Below are positions 19,966 to 30,045 of a DNA stretch of 64,000 nt, in pieces. The position numbers and the translations under genes are program-made. Each line of letters begins with the position of its first letter. The first letter of the stretch is position 1. The stretch lies in assembly GCA_963754925.1 (NCBI GenBank), contig CAVWHX010000004.1, positions 896,001 through 960,000 of the forward strand, given 5' to 3'. This DNA is from an uncultured delta proteobacterium (GTDB taxonomy: Bacteria > Myxococcota > B64-G9). Under the pieces are notes generated by a model. The model searched no databases and was not told the DNA's origin. It saw nothing but the letters and a program-made list of their open reading frames with translations.

Positions 19966-21990
19966 TCATGTTCCTGAGGGAGGCTGCGTTTGTGTCTCCG
20001 CTTCATCAGGTGTTTTATCGAGCAGGGGTTGCGATGGCGGCAGAGCTTCTTTTTTCGGCAGCGGATACCCAAACAATACACTCAACTCTCCGACTACTTT
20101 AGCATATGCTTCGGCCGGATTGTATCGATAAATGGCCTTGATGTTTGGGCTGCCGGTTGAAAGCGGTCCGTTGAGCTTGAAGCCGGCATTCTTTAGATAA
20201 TTTGCCGCAGAGGCCAGGGCGTCCGGCCAGTTGTCGAGATCGATACGGCCGTCCTGATCCCAGTCCTGGCCATAGCGCAGGATGTTGCTAGGCAAAAACT
20301 GTACCAAACCAACCGCCCCTGCGTATGAGCCCAATATGCTCAGTGGGTCATCGGGGTAAACGGTAAGGAGCGCATCCAGTTCAGAGCGAGCCCAGTGCCT
20401 ACGCCTATCCCCACCCAACGCCACCGTGACTAAAGCGTTGAAGGCGTGGTGGGCCCCTCGCTTGAGACCAAAGCGGGTTTCGACCGCGAGAATGGAAGTC
20501 AGCACTTCACGGTTAACGCGGTATTTTTTTTGAATTGCATCGAGCAGTGACGCATTCTCTTTCATGAACGTCGCGCCCGCTTTGAGCACTTCGTCCCGGA
20601 TGAACATCGACCGGTACTTTTCGTACGGCAACGCCTCAACCGGTTTTTCAAATTTCTCGTGCACCTCCGGGTCGAGCTCAGCCCGCCGGTCTGAAAAAGC
20701 CCGCCGCAACACGACCTCGGGAATGCCGCTACCGGCCAGCTCGAGCATGAGTTCTCTGACCCGCCCGCGGGTCTCGGCGTCCGGTATAGTTAGTAACCCA
20801 GCGCCATCACCGACACCGGGGAAGAGGCTGCCGTCGTCGTTTATCTGCGCGGAAGAAAATCGGAAATCGGTCGCGGTTAGCGCCTGGATCTCACGGATGG
20901 CGTGTTGGAGCGGATCGGGCTTAGGTCCCCCCTGGCCTTCTTGAAGGGTTGCGGTAAGGTGCCCCCTGAGAAAGGTACCGGAGTGAGGATCGAGCTCGGC
21001 TGAGAGAACAACGCCGTGACCAAGAGGACCAACCAGGCTGAAGCGTCCATAGGTGCAAAAGTTACCTAGACTGTACACAACCAGTCTCCCCCGATATACC
21101 TCAATGCCACGCACGACATGGGGGCCATGGCCTAACACCAGGTCAGCCCCGGCGTCCACGACCGCGTGGGCAAATTGAATCAGGTGACCGCGCGGTTCTC
21201 TACCCAACGATTCTGGGGCATCGGTGACATGGGTGGCCGCGAGGCCTTCTGCCCCCCCATGAAAGCTGACGATCACGAGGTTTCCTTCATCCTTGAGAGC
21301 CCGAACCTGTTTGGCGGCGTCTCCGATCTCAAGCAGGTTATAAGCGCTTGAACCCGTGCTAAACGCGATCAGTGCAAGCTGTCTTCCACGCACGTTCAGC
21401 CGGGCAATATCCCCAACCGGACCAGCGTGTGCGATCCCGACCCGATCGAGTGCCGCCAGCGTGCTTTGGCGACCCTCGGATCCAAAATCCAGGGCATGGT
21501 TGTTGGCTAATCCCATAACGGTAAATCCGGCCGCCTGCAAGTGCCGGGCATACGCCGTCGGCGTACGAAAGGCGTAACACAGGAGATCGGAGGAACATTT
21601 GGTGGTCGTACCACCATCGGCCAGCGGACCTTCTAGGTTACCAAATACCACATCGCCCGTAAGCACCTCTCGTACTGCAGCGAAAAGGGTTTCACCACCA
21701 TCCGGTGGAAGGGTTTTCTCGGTGGGAACGGCCGAACCCATATTCACATCTCCTACCGCAGTGATCAAAAGCGACTTTAGCTCCGAAGATACCGTCGGTG
21801 CAGCCAGCACCTGAGGCAGAACCTCGTCCCTGGTTGGTTCAGCGTTGGGATGTTTCAATGGCGCGGCAGGCTGAACCGTTGGTTCAGCGGTATCGGCCGC
21901 CCTGAAAGGAGCGGAGCACGACGCCATGAAGACTAAGATACCGACGTCCACCAAAAATGCCGCACGACGCCGTGGGGGTCTCCCCGTCAC
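19966..21990 (-). CDS. Lipoprotein fusion: CapA (PGA_cap metallophosphoesterase) domain plus MltB-type lytic transglycosylase
   Basis: CapA motifs AVGDV, GNLEG, ANNHALD, SFHGG, GHGPHV, YSLGNF; MltB motifs ILAVETRFG, GSYAGAVGLVQFLPS, DWDQDGRID, YN. Confidence 0.82.
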   Translation of the reverse strand: MTGRPPRRRAAFLVDVGILVFMASCSAPFRAADTAEPTVQPAAPLKHPNAEPTRDEVLPQVLAAPTVSSELKSLLITAVGDVNMGSAVPTEKTLPPDGGETLFAAVREVLTGDVVFGNLEGPLADGGTTTKCSSDLLCYAFRTPTAYARHLQAAGFTVMGLANNHALDFGSEGRQSTLAALDRVGIAHAGPVGDIARLNVRGRQLALIAFSTGSSAYNLLEIGDAAKQVRALKDEGNLVIVSFHGGAEGLAATHVTDAPESLGREPRGHLIQFAHAVVDAGADLVLGHGPHVVRGIEVYRGRLVVYSLGNFCTYGRFSLVGPLGHGVVLSAELDPHSGTFLRGHLTATLQEGQGGPKPDPLQHAIREIQALTATDFRFSSAQINDDGSLFPGVGDGAGLLTIPDAETRGRVRELMLELAGSGIPEVVLRRAFSDRRAELDPEVHEKFEKPVEALPYEKYRSMFIRDEVLKAGATFMKENASLLDAIQKKYRVNREVLTSILAVETRFGLKRGAHHAFNALVTVALGGDRRRHWARSELDALLTVYPDDPLSILGSYAGAVGLVQFLPSNILRYGQDWDQDGRIDLDNWPDALASAANYLKNAGFKLNGPLSTGSPNIKAIYRYNPAEAYAKVVGELSVLFGYPLPKKEALPPSQPLLDKTPDEAETQTQPPSGT

Positions 21991-23366
21991 GATGGGTTCT
22001 CCACCTCCACCGGAGCCCGGGGCTCGAGTGTCAAACCAAATCGCTCAGACAACCCGAACCGTCGTACCAGCCGGCGGAAGCGTTCCTCGTCGAGCGTTAA
22101 TGCGTCACGTATGGTTTGCCCGGCGGCCGCGGGGGTTACATCGTTAGAAAGCTTGCCAACCTGCTCGTTGAGTTCCCGACGCAGTGATTCGTCCACCTCA
22201 TTTTCGATGCCCAAATCCTCGAGGTACTTCTCGCGCGTCAGCGCCAAGTCCAGCCGTTGGTTGAAATTCTGATGGTCGAGTATCTGCTCCCGAAACTCGT
22301 TGCGTATGCGGGAGACTTCTCCCTGCAGACCGAGCTCGTCGACCCGTGACTTCAAGGTGGCGACATCAATTCTCAGGCGCTGGGCGGTCTTGCCCAGCGA
22401 GCCTTGGAGTTTTTCCAGATGTCGGCAGATCACCTCGCTTTCCCGTTTCTTTAGCACCTCACCCAACTGGTGATAATGGATCGCTCTGAGCACATCCTCC
22501 TCTTCGAGCGGCACGCCCGGCATTCCCTGATAAATTTTATTGAGTCGCGTGACCAGATCGGTGCGATCATATTTCATCTGGTTTACTAATCCGGCCAGTA
22601 ACTTGCGGCCCTTATCTTCATAGAGAATTGCAAAAATCCCTCGCGTGCCACCCTCCCGACGCGGTGTCGCTTGCGCGGGCGTCGCCGGCGGGGTCACCAC
22701 AGGGGCCGGTATCGGAATGTCCGAATCGGTTGCCATCGGCGCGGCGGATTCGGGTAACGGAAGAATAGACTCGGAAGCGGGCGCGTCTTCGGACTTGCGC
22801 TCCTGGTACCGCTGACGCTGATAATGGGCCGAGCAGAGGCCCTTGGCGCGGGAAGGTCTGCCGCACCCGGGCACCGAGCAGATCCCGGTGTCCTTAATGT
22901 TTACGTGGTTATCGGCGGAATCCGGAATCGGCGGTTTTGGACCCGAAAACACCGAAAAGGGAACCTGGCCCGTGCCGGTCGATGGCGTCGATGGACGACC
23001 ACCGCCACGATAGGTGACGGTCGGGCGCGAAACCACCCGCGGTCGGCGAGTCACCACCGATGCACGTGGTGAGGTTAACAGCGGCTCCATCCGCGGCAGA
23101 TCTATCTTCGGCGCCGACTGACTCGACGCTAAAACGGCCGATGGAGTCGCGGCGGGTGCGGGAGACTTGAGAGCCTTTACCTCAACCTCGAGATTATCGA
23201 GGCGCTCTTGAATCGCCTCAAGCACCGTCATCAAGCGACCAAGCATTTCGGACTGATCCAAACCACGGATCACCCCCTGCGCCACCATGTCACCAAGACC
23301 GGAGAGCATCTTTTCAACCTGACTCTCCAGCTGTTCTCGTTCGTTAGTAGAATCAACCATACTCAA
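21987..23366 (-). CDS. Hypothetical protein with Cys3His Zn motif and Fis-like helix-turn-helix
   Basis: CSVPGC...GLCSAHYQRQR; LEKLQGSLGKTAQRLRIDVATLKSRVDELGL; Pro-rich linkers. Confidence 0.65.
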   Translation of the reverse strand: MSMVDSTNEREQLESQVEKMLSGLGDMVAQGVIRGLDQSEMLGRLMTVLEAIQERLDNLEVEVKALKSPAPAATPSAVLASSQSAPKIDLPRMEPLLTSPRASVVTRRPRVVSRPTVTYRGGGRPSTPSTGTGQVPFSVFSGPKPPIPDSADNHVNIKDTGICSVPGCGRPSRAKGLCSAHYQRQRYQERKSEDAPASESILPLPESAAPMATDSDIPIPAPVVTPPATPAQATPRREGGTRGIFAILYEDKGRKLLAGLVNQMKYDRTDLVTRLNKIYQGMPGVPLEEEDVLRAIHYHQLGEVLKKRESEVICRHLEKLQGSLGKTAQRLRIDVATLKSRVDELGLQGEVSRIRNEFREQILDHQNFNQRLDLALTREKYLEDLGIENEVDESLRRELNEQVGKLSNDVTPAAAGQTIRDALTLDEERFRRLVRRFGLSERFGLTLEPRAPVEVENPS

Positions 23367-23690
23367 GTCTCCTTCTTAAGTTGCAACGCACTCATTCATA
23401 ATGCATTTGCTTTACGAGCCACCACCCCCCGGGGCTACCGCCCAAGATGACGTGTGCGCACCTTAACTTTCTGCCGGTGGCTTACGAGGGCCAAATAAAA
23501 GTCGTCCGTTCACCTAGCCGTCAGCGACGCCCCGACCTTGGAGTGGCCATTATACCATCAGGACCTTACTCCTATAAACTTAGTAACAGATCGCGGATAG
23601 GCGGTCAAGGATCATCATTGCGATCCAGCACATTCTTCCGCTATCAGCCTTCGCCACCACCGCGACAGCGCGCACAGCATCAAAACCGAT

Positions 23691-23850
23691 GGCAGTATCT
23701 CAGTATGAGGCTTACGGGTATTCGTCGAACGACACGCGACCGAAACATATTAATCGCTTAACAGTTCAGTATTCAAAGCTTAAATGGGACCTGGGTGTAG
23801 ACGGTCGCCTGCCGAACACCCGTAAGCCTCTGGCAACCTGAGACACTACC
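23691..23850 (-). ncRNA. Candidate structured RNA (long rod-like hairpin)
   Basis: Three nested stems of 13, 18 and 7 bp; the three in-stem mismatches read as G-U on the minus strand. Confidence 0.5.
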
Positions 23851-23905
23851 AAACCGAGGATTCTAAGTCGATTTTATTCTTTTTTGTTATGATTCGAGCT
23901 GTTGC

Positions 23906-24442
23906 TCACCTGAGTTTCACGCCCTCAATATTAAGCAACAGCGCTTTCGTCTTGAGACCTCCAAAAGCTGAAAACCCTCCCAGCTGTCCGTTTGCCGCCA
24001 GGACACGGTGGCACGGAACAATGAGCGGAAACGGATTATGTGCCAGCGCGTTACCCACCGCACGCGCAGCCCCGGGTGATCCTGACGAGGCCGCCAATTG
24101 GCCATAGGTCGCGATCTTCCCAGAACTGATCCGCCTGGCGGCTTGGTAAACGCGACGAGTAAACGGCGGTAGCGTGTCAAGCGCCACCGCCACCTGGCTG
24201 AAATCAAAAAGTTTCCCCCGAAGGTGCTGCTGAATCTGACGAATTACCTTCTTAACCCACTGCGGTGGTGAGGCTTTTGGCACATCACCGACCCGAGAGA
24301 GGAGCTTGACGATAGTCTTCCGGGGACTCGATTCTGGAAGTTGAATGCCCGTGATAGTCCGTTCGCACCAAGCAATGGCGCAAGCGCCTATTCTCGTATC
24401 AAAAACTGAACAGCCATGGATTGTTTTTTCTTTAGAGTTCAT
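23906..24442 (-). CDS. ogt: Methylated-DNA--protein-cysteine methyltransferase
   Basis: TYGQLA, ARAVGNAL, IVPCHRV, KALLLNIEG. Confidence 0.92.
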   Translation of the reverse strand: MNSKEKTIHGCSVFDTRIGACAIAWCERTITGIQLPESSPRKTIVKLLSRVGDVPKASPPQWVKKVIRQIQQHLRGKLFDFSQVAVALDTLPPFTRRVYQAARRISSGKIATYGQLAASSGSPGAARAVGNALAHNPFPLIVPCHRVLAANGQLGGFSAFGGLKTKALLLNIEGVKLR

Positions 24443-24588
24443 GATGGTCACCTTCTTTCGTCCGCACCGCATAATAACATTAAGATTTATAATAATTTTT
24501 GCAATTACAGAAAATATTTTTTTTGCCAATCGCAATAAATACGATTAGAGAATAACAGATGAAACGGTATCATGTCGTGAGGAGCGTC

Positions 24589-26523
24589 ATGGGAAAGAGT
24601 CTAACCCAGAAAATCTTAGAGCACCATCTGGTCACGGGCCGCTTTGCACCGGGAGAAGAGATCGGCATCGGTATCGATCAAACGTTAACCCAAGACGCTA
24701 CCGGCACCATGACTTACTTGCAGTTCGAGGCCTTGGGCATCCCGCGGACGAAAACCGAGCTTTCGGTGAGCTACATCGACCACAATACCATTCAAATAGG
24801 TTTCGAAAACGCAGACGACCATCGTTACTTGGCAAGCGTAGCTCGCAAGTACGGCTTGCACTTCTCGCGCGCCGGAAATGGCATCTGTCATCAAGTTCAC
24901 CTTGAGCGTTTCGGCAAACCCGGCAAAACGTTGCTTGGCGCCGACAGTCATACCCCGACCGGCGGCGGACTTGGCATGATCGCCATTGGCGCGGGCGGGC
25001 TGGATGTGGCTTTAGCCATGGCCGGCCGACCCTTCTTTCTTGTTTGCCCAAAGGTGGTCAAGATCAATCTCGTCGGCTCGCTTGCGCCGTGGGTATCAGC
25101 CAAGGATGTGGTCTTGAAAATGCTCGAGATCTTCGGCACCAAAGGCAACGTCGGTTGTGTCTTTGAGTATGCCGGCGAGGGGGTCAGGACTCTTTCGGTT
25201 CCGGAGCGCGCCACCATCACCAACATGGGCGCCGAGTGCGGCGTGACCACCTCAATATTTCCCAGCGATGAGCTCACCCGGCGGTTTCTCATCGCCCAGG
25301 AACGCGCGGCCGACTGGATCGATCTGCAACCGGATGCGGACGCTGACTACGATAGCACGCTCGACCTCGATCTTTCGGCTATAGAACCGCTGGCCGCCGC
25401 ACCTCATTCGCCGGGCAACGTCAAGACCGTGCGCGAGCTCGCGGGTTTGAAAGTTGATCAGGTCTGCATCGGCTCCTGCACCAACTCGTCGTATAAGGAC
25501 CTCGTCACCGTGGCTAACATACTTGCAGGCAGAGTGGTCCATCCGGATGTAAGTTTGGTGATCACGCCCGGGTCAAAACAGGTTGTTCAAAACGTCGCCA
25601 AAGATAGGTATCTCGAGATACTGATAGCCGCCGGAGCACGTTTGGTCGAGCCCTCCTGCGGCTTTTGCATCGGCAACAGTCAAAGCCCGAGCAGCGCAGC
25701 GGTGTCTCTTCGCACCGCCAATCGCAACTTCGAGGCTCGTTCGGGAACCAAAGACGCCCAGGTCTACTTGGTCAGTCCGGAAACTGCCGCCGTGGCGGCA
25801 ATCAAAGGCGCGTTGATCGATCCACGGGTGTCCGGTCTGCCTTTTCCGAACGTCGCGGTGCCGGATCGTTTCCTTATCGATGATGGCATGATCATCCGTC
25901 CCCAGGATACGAGCGATCCGGCGGCGATCGTAATCGAACGCGGCCCCAATATCGGCGGGCCGCCGACCATACAGCCCACTCCTGAGAATCTCGATGGGGT
26001 GGTGACGATCAAGGTCGGCGACAAGATCACCACCGACCATATCATTCCGGCTGGCGCGCGCATGAAGTACCGCAGCAATATCCGCAAATATTCGGAGTAT
26101 GTCTTCGAAAACCTCGACCCAGACTTTGCGCAACGGGCTGCAACCCACCGTGATGCCGGCAGACACAACGTTATTGTCGGCGGTTGGTCGTACGGCCAAG
26201 GCTCGTCGCGCGAACACGCCTCGATCTGTCCGGGATTTTTGGGGGTCAGGGTGGTTTTGGCGAAATCGTTTGAGCGCATTCATGCCGCCAACCTGATCAA
26301 TTTCGGGATCATCCCGCTGACCTTTGCCGACCAGGCCGATTACGATCGCCTCGCGCAAGGCGACGCTGTTGTTATTCCTTACCTTCGCAACCAAATCCAA
26401 TCGGGTGGTATTTTGATGTTGAGCAATCGAAACACGGGGATACAATTTGAAGTCAAAGCCTATCTGACCGAGCGCCAGCGAGCTATCGTGGTTTCAGGCG
26501 GCGCACTCTCAATCCACCAGTGA
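24589..26523 (+). CDS. Aconitate hydratase (short ~645-aa single-chain type)
   Basis: [48 protein letters not shown]; adjacent to icd. Confidence 0.92.
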   Translation: MGKSLTQKILEHHLVTGRFAPGEEIGIGIDQTLTQDATGTMTYLQFEALGIPRTKTELSVSYIDHNTIQIGFENADDHRYLASVARKYGLHFSRAGNGICHQVHLERFGKPGKTLLGADSHTPTGGGLGMIAIGAGGLDVALAMAGRPFFLVCPKVVKINLVGSLAPWVSAKDVVLKMLEIFGTKGNVGCVFEYAGEGVRTLSVPERATITNMGAECGVTTSIFPSDELTRRFLIAQERAADWIDLQPDADADYDSTLDLDLSAIEPLAAAPHSPGNVKTVRELAGLKVDQVCIGSCTNSSYKDLVTVANILAGRVVHPDVSLVITPGSKQVVQNVAKDRYLEILIAAGARLVEPSCGFCIGNSQSPSSAAVSLRTANRNFEARSGTKDAQVYLVSPETAAVAAIKGALIDPRVSGLPFPNVAVPDRFLIDDGMIIRPQDTSDPAAIVIERGPNIGGPPTIQPTPENLDGVVTIKVGDKITTDHIIPAGARMKYRSNIRKYSEYVFENLDPDFAQRAATHRDAGRHNVIVGGWSYGQGSSREHASICPGFLGVRVVLAKSFERIHAANLINFGIIPLTFADQADYDRLAQGDAVVIPYLRNQIQSGGILMLSNRNTGIQFEVKAYLTERQRAIVVSGGALSIHQ

Positions 26524-26533
26524 AGGAGCATTC

Positions 26534-27746
26534 ATGAAGAAGATTAAGGTTTTGAACACGATTGCCGAACTGGACGGCGATGAGATGACGCGCATTATGT
26601 GGCGCATGGTGAAAGATTCATTACTGTTGCCCTTTGTGGACATGAAGCTTGATTACTATGACCTGGGATTGAAAAACCGGGATGATACCGACGATCAGGT
26701 AACCATCGAGGCGGCTCAAGCGATCATGCGGCACCAGGTAGGGGTTAAATGCGCGACTATTACCCCCGAGGCCGCGCGCGTTAAAGAGTACGATCTTAAG
26801 AAGCAATGGAAGAGCCCGAACGGCACCATTCGCGCCATGCTCGAACGGGACGGTGTTCCGCTGCCCTATCCTGGCTAAGAACATCAAACCGGCGGTGCGA
26901 TATTGGAAAAAACCGATCGTAATCGGCCGACATGCGTACGGCGATCTGTATCGCGACGTTGAAATGTGCATACCCGCGCCGGGCACGGTTAACATGATCT
27001 ACACGCCGGCCGATGGTGGGCCGCCTCAGTGCTTGGCCGTCCATGACTTTCAAGGTCCGGGGGTGGTATTGGGCATGCATAATCTTTCGGATTCGATAAA
27101 GAGTTTTGCACAAGCGTGCTTCAGGTACGCCCTGGATAAAAAGCTCAACATGATGTTCTCCACCAAGGACACGATCTCAAAGACCTATGACGGCGAGTTC
27201 AAGAGGATCTTTCACGAAGTGTTCGAGCACGAATTCAAGGAGCGGTTCACCGATGCCGGAATCAGTTACAGCATCACCCTGATCAACGATGCGGTGGCGC
27301 GTATCATGAAGTCTGAAGGCGGGCTTCTGTGGGCATGTCGCAACTACGATGGCGACGTCATGTCCGATATGATTGCCTCGGCCTTCGGCAGCTTGGCCAT
27401 GATGACCTCCGAACTGGTATCGCCCCATGGTTACTATGAGTATGAGGCCGCGCACGGCACGGTACAGCGGCATTATTACCAACACCTTAAGGGAGAAAAA
27501 ACCTCCACCAACAGCACGGCCCTGATATACGCCTGGACCGGCGCACTGAGTAAGCGCGGAGAGCTCGACGATACCCCTGAGGTGGTCGAGTTCGCCAACA
27601 AGCTGGAATTGGCGGTCATTGCGACCATCGAGAGCGGCTTAATGACCAAGGATTTGCTCTCCAGCGCCGATCCGAAGCCCGAACGGGCGGTCGCCACCGC
27701 TGAGTTCATCGATGCGGTTGCCAAAAATCTTGAAAAACGATTGTAG
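26534..27746 (+). CDS. icd: NADP-dependent isocitrate dehydrogenase, frameshifted near 26844
   Basis: [25 protein letters not shown] | [26 protein letters not shown]. Split into ORFs 26534-26878 and 26853-27746 by one extra base. Confidence 0.93.
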
Positions 27747-27786
27747 CTACGACCAGTAGTATCCTATCTAGGTCGGTCGGTTGTTT

Positions 27787-30009
27787 ATGCCGTATGCACA
27801 CGTCGCCATCGCTGTACCGCTTCCCAGCTTGTTCACCTACGAGCTTCCCCTGGATCTCACGGGTGCTATCCGCCCCGGACAGCTGGTCGAAGTGCCCTTT
27901 GGCAAACGCCGCCAACCAGGGTTAGTGGTGAGCCTCTGCGACAAACCACCTGCCGACGTCGTAATCAAACCGATCGCCAAGCTCCTCGAATCGGAACCGC
28001 TCTTGTCCGAGGCGCTCTTGAAGGTGCTGCTCTGGGCGGCCGAATATTATTTGGTGCCGCCGGGCGAGATGATGTTCGCCGCCCTGCCCCCGATGTTCCG
28101 TCGGCATACGCACCGGCGCGGTGCAAAGCAGGTGCGGCTGGCGCGGGTGGTCACCGACGGGTACGATCCAACTACTGACGGAGATAGATTGCGGCGTTCC
28201 CCTGCCCAGGCACGACTGCTCGATCGACTCAGGCGATCAACCGAATGGAACGTCGCCGACCTCTGCCGGGGAGATCCGACGGCGCGCATAGCGCTCAGGT
28301 CGCTCGTCAAGAAAGGGTTAGTGGTGATCGAGCAGCGCGCGGTAGCGCGCAGCCCCCTCACGCCACGGTTGCCGCCATCACCGCCGATCCACCAGCTGAC
28401 CGGAATGCAAAAATACGCCCTCGGGGCAATCGAGCAGGCCATCGGGCAACGGCAGTTTGCGGCCTTCTTGCTTCATGGTGTGACGGGCAGTGGAAAAACC
28501 GAAATCTACTTACGCGCCATTGCGGCCGCCTTGGATAGCGGCCGCGGAGCAATCTTGCTGGTACCGGAAATAGCTCTGACGCCCCAGCTGGTTGCCCGGG
28601 TACGTGCGCGTTTTAACGAGCGTGTGGCCGTCTTGCATTCCGGCCTCAGCCAGGGTGAGCGACTCGACGAGTGGCGTCGCCTACAGCGCGGCGAGGCGCT
28701 GGTCGCGGTCGGCGCGCGCTCGGCGGTTTTTGCCCCCGTTCACGACCTGGCTGTGCTGGTCGTTGACGAGGAGCACGATCCTTCGTACAAACAATCTGAG
28801 CACCTTCCCTACCATGCCCGCGATCTGGCCATCTTGCGGGGCCGCGAGGAACATGCGGTGGTGGTGCTGGGGTCGGCCACACCATCGCTCGAGTCAATGC
28901 AGCATGCTCACACGGGCCGGTATGCACTGCTCACGCTCGGTGAGCGCGTCGAGCAGCGCCCGTTACCCGAGATCGAAGTCGTCGACCTCAAGCAGACATC
29001 GCTGCATCCCGAGGAACGCGATCATACCTTAAGCCCGCGCCTGGCCGAGCTGCTCGCCGAGACGTTGGACCGCCATGAACAGGCTATTTTGTTTCTGAAT
29101 CGGCGTGGTTACTCAAGCTTTGCCCTGTGCAAGGATTGTGGTGAGGCTATTCGATGCGACCAATGTAGCGTCGCGCTGGTACACCATCTCAAGGAACAAA
29201 GCCTGCGCTGTCACTATTGCGGGCAAATCCTGCCGATACCAACCCGATGCCCGCGCTGCACCGTTGGCCGCGTGGGCCTCTTCGGACTTGGCACTGAAAA
29301 AGTTGAGGCCGAAGTGGCGCGACGTTTTCCCGGCATCCGTATCGCGCGACTCGACTCGGATGCCGTGGCCGGGCGCGGGGTGATCGAAGGCCTCATGAGC
29401 CGGTTCGCCCACGGAGAGGTGGATGTCCTGGTCGGCACGCAGATGGTAACTAAGGGCCACGACGTCCCCAACGTTACCTTGGTCGGGGTTTTGCTCGCCG
29501 ATCTGTCGCTGCATCTGCCCGACTTCAGGGCCACGGAGCGGACTTTTCAATTGCTCACGCAGGTCGCCGGCCGCTCGGGGCGCGGCCTCCAGGGAGGGCG
29601 GGTGGTCATTCAGACGTTCATGCCACAGCATGAGACCATCCTGCTGACGCGCGAGCATCGTTTCGACGAATTCGTCCGCCGCGAGCTTTCGCGCCGCAGA
29701 GCGCTCGGCTATCCCCCGTTTCGGCGCCTTATGCTTATCCGATTCAGCCATCCGAAGGCCGAGCACGGCGTGCGGTTCGCGCGCGCCGTTGCCGACGTCT
29801 TCCGTCACCATGGTTCAACGTCGCTCCAGATCCTCGGTCCGGCTCCGTCGCCTCTGCAGCGCCTGCGCGGCCGCTACCGTTTTCAAATGTTGATCAAGGC
29901 GCGCGGGGTTGAAGAGCTGCACCGACTGGCTCGACTTGCATCCACAACGGTTCGGCTACCGGCCGGCGCGAGGATTATTTTTGATATAGATCCCCAAGAC
30001 ATGCTATAA
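27787..30009 (+). CDS. priA: Primosomal protein N' (replication restart helicase)
   Basis: GVTGSGKTE, PEIALTPQ, DEEHD, FLNRRG, four CxxC, QVAGRSGR, DIDP. Confidence 0.96.
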   Translation: MPYAHVAIAVPLPSLFTYELPLDLTGAIRPGQLVEVPFGKRRQPGLVVSLCDKPPADVVIKPIAKLLESEPLLSEALLKVLLWAAEYYLVPPGEMMFAALPPMFRRHTHRRGAKQVRLARVVTDGYDPTTDGDRLRRSPAQARLLDRLRRSTEWNVADLCRGDPTARIALRSLVKKGLVVIEQRAVARSPLTPRLPPSPPIHQLTGMQKYALGAIEQAIGQRQFAAFLLHGVTGSGKTEIYLRAIAAALDSGRGAILLVPEIALTPQLVARVRARFNERVAVLHSGLSQGERLDEWRRLQRGEALVAVGARSAVFAPVHDLAVLVVDEEHDPSYKQSEHLPYHARDLAILRGREEHAVVVLGSATPSLESMQHAHTGRYALLTLGERVEQRPLPEIEVVDLKQTSLHPEERDHTLSPRLAELLAETLDRHEQAILFLNRRGYSSFALCKDCGEAIRCDQCSVALVHHLKEQSLRCHYCGQILPIPTRCPRCTVGRVGLFGLGTEKVEAEVARRFPGIRIARLDSDAVAGRGVIEGLMSRFAHGEVDVLVGTQMVTKGHDVPNVTLVGVLLADLSLHLPDFRATERTFQLLTQVAGRSGRGLQGGRVVIQTFMPQHETILLTREHRFDEFVRRELSRRRALGYPPFRRLMLIRFSHPKAEHGVRFARAVADVFRHHGSTSLQILGPAPSPLQRLRGRYRFQMLIKARGVEELHRLARLASTTVRLPAGARIIFDIDPQDML

Positions 30010-30045
30010 AAAAGTGTAGCTTCTGCGTTTTTCGAGAATATACCA

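Noticed and set aside
23447..23761. 104-aa intergenic ORF
   Set aside because: No RBS, atypical composition, and it overlaps the hairpin and the upstream region of a minus-strand gene.
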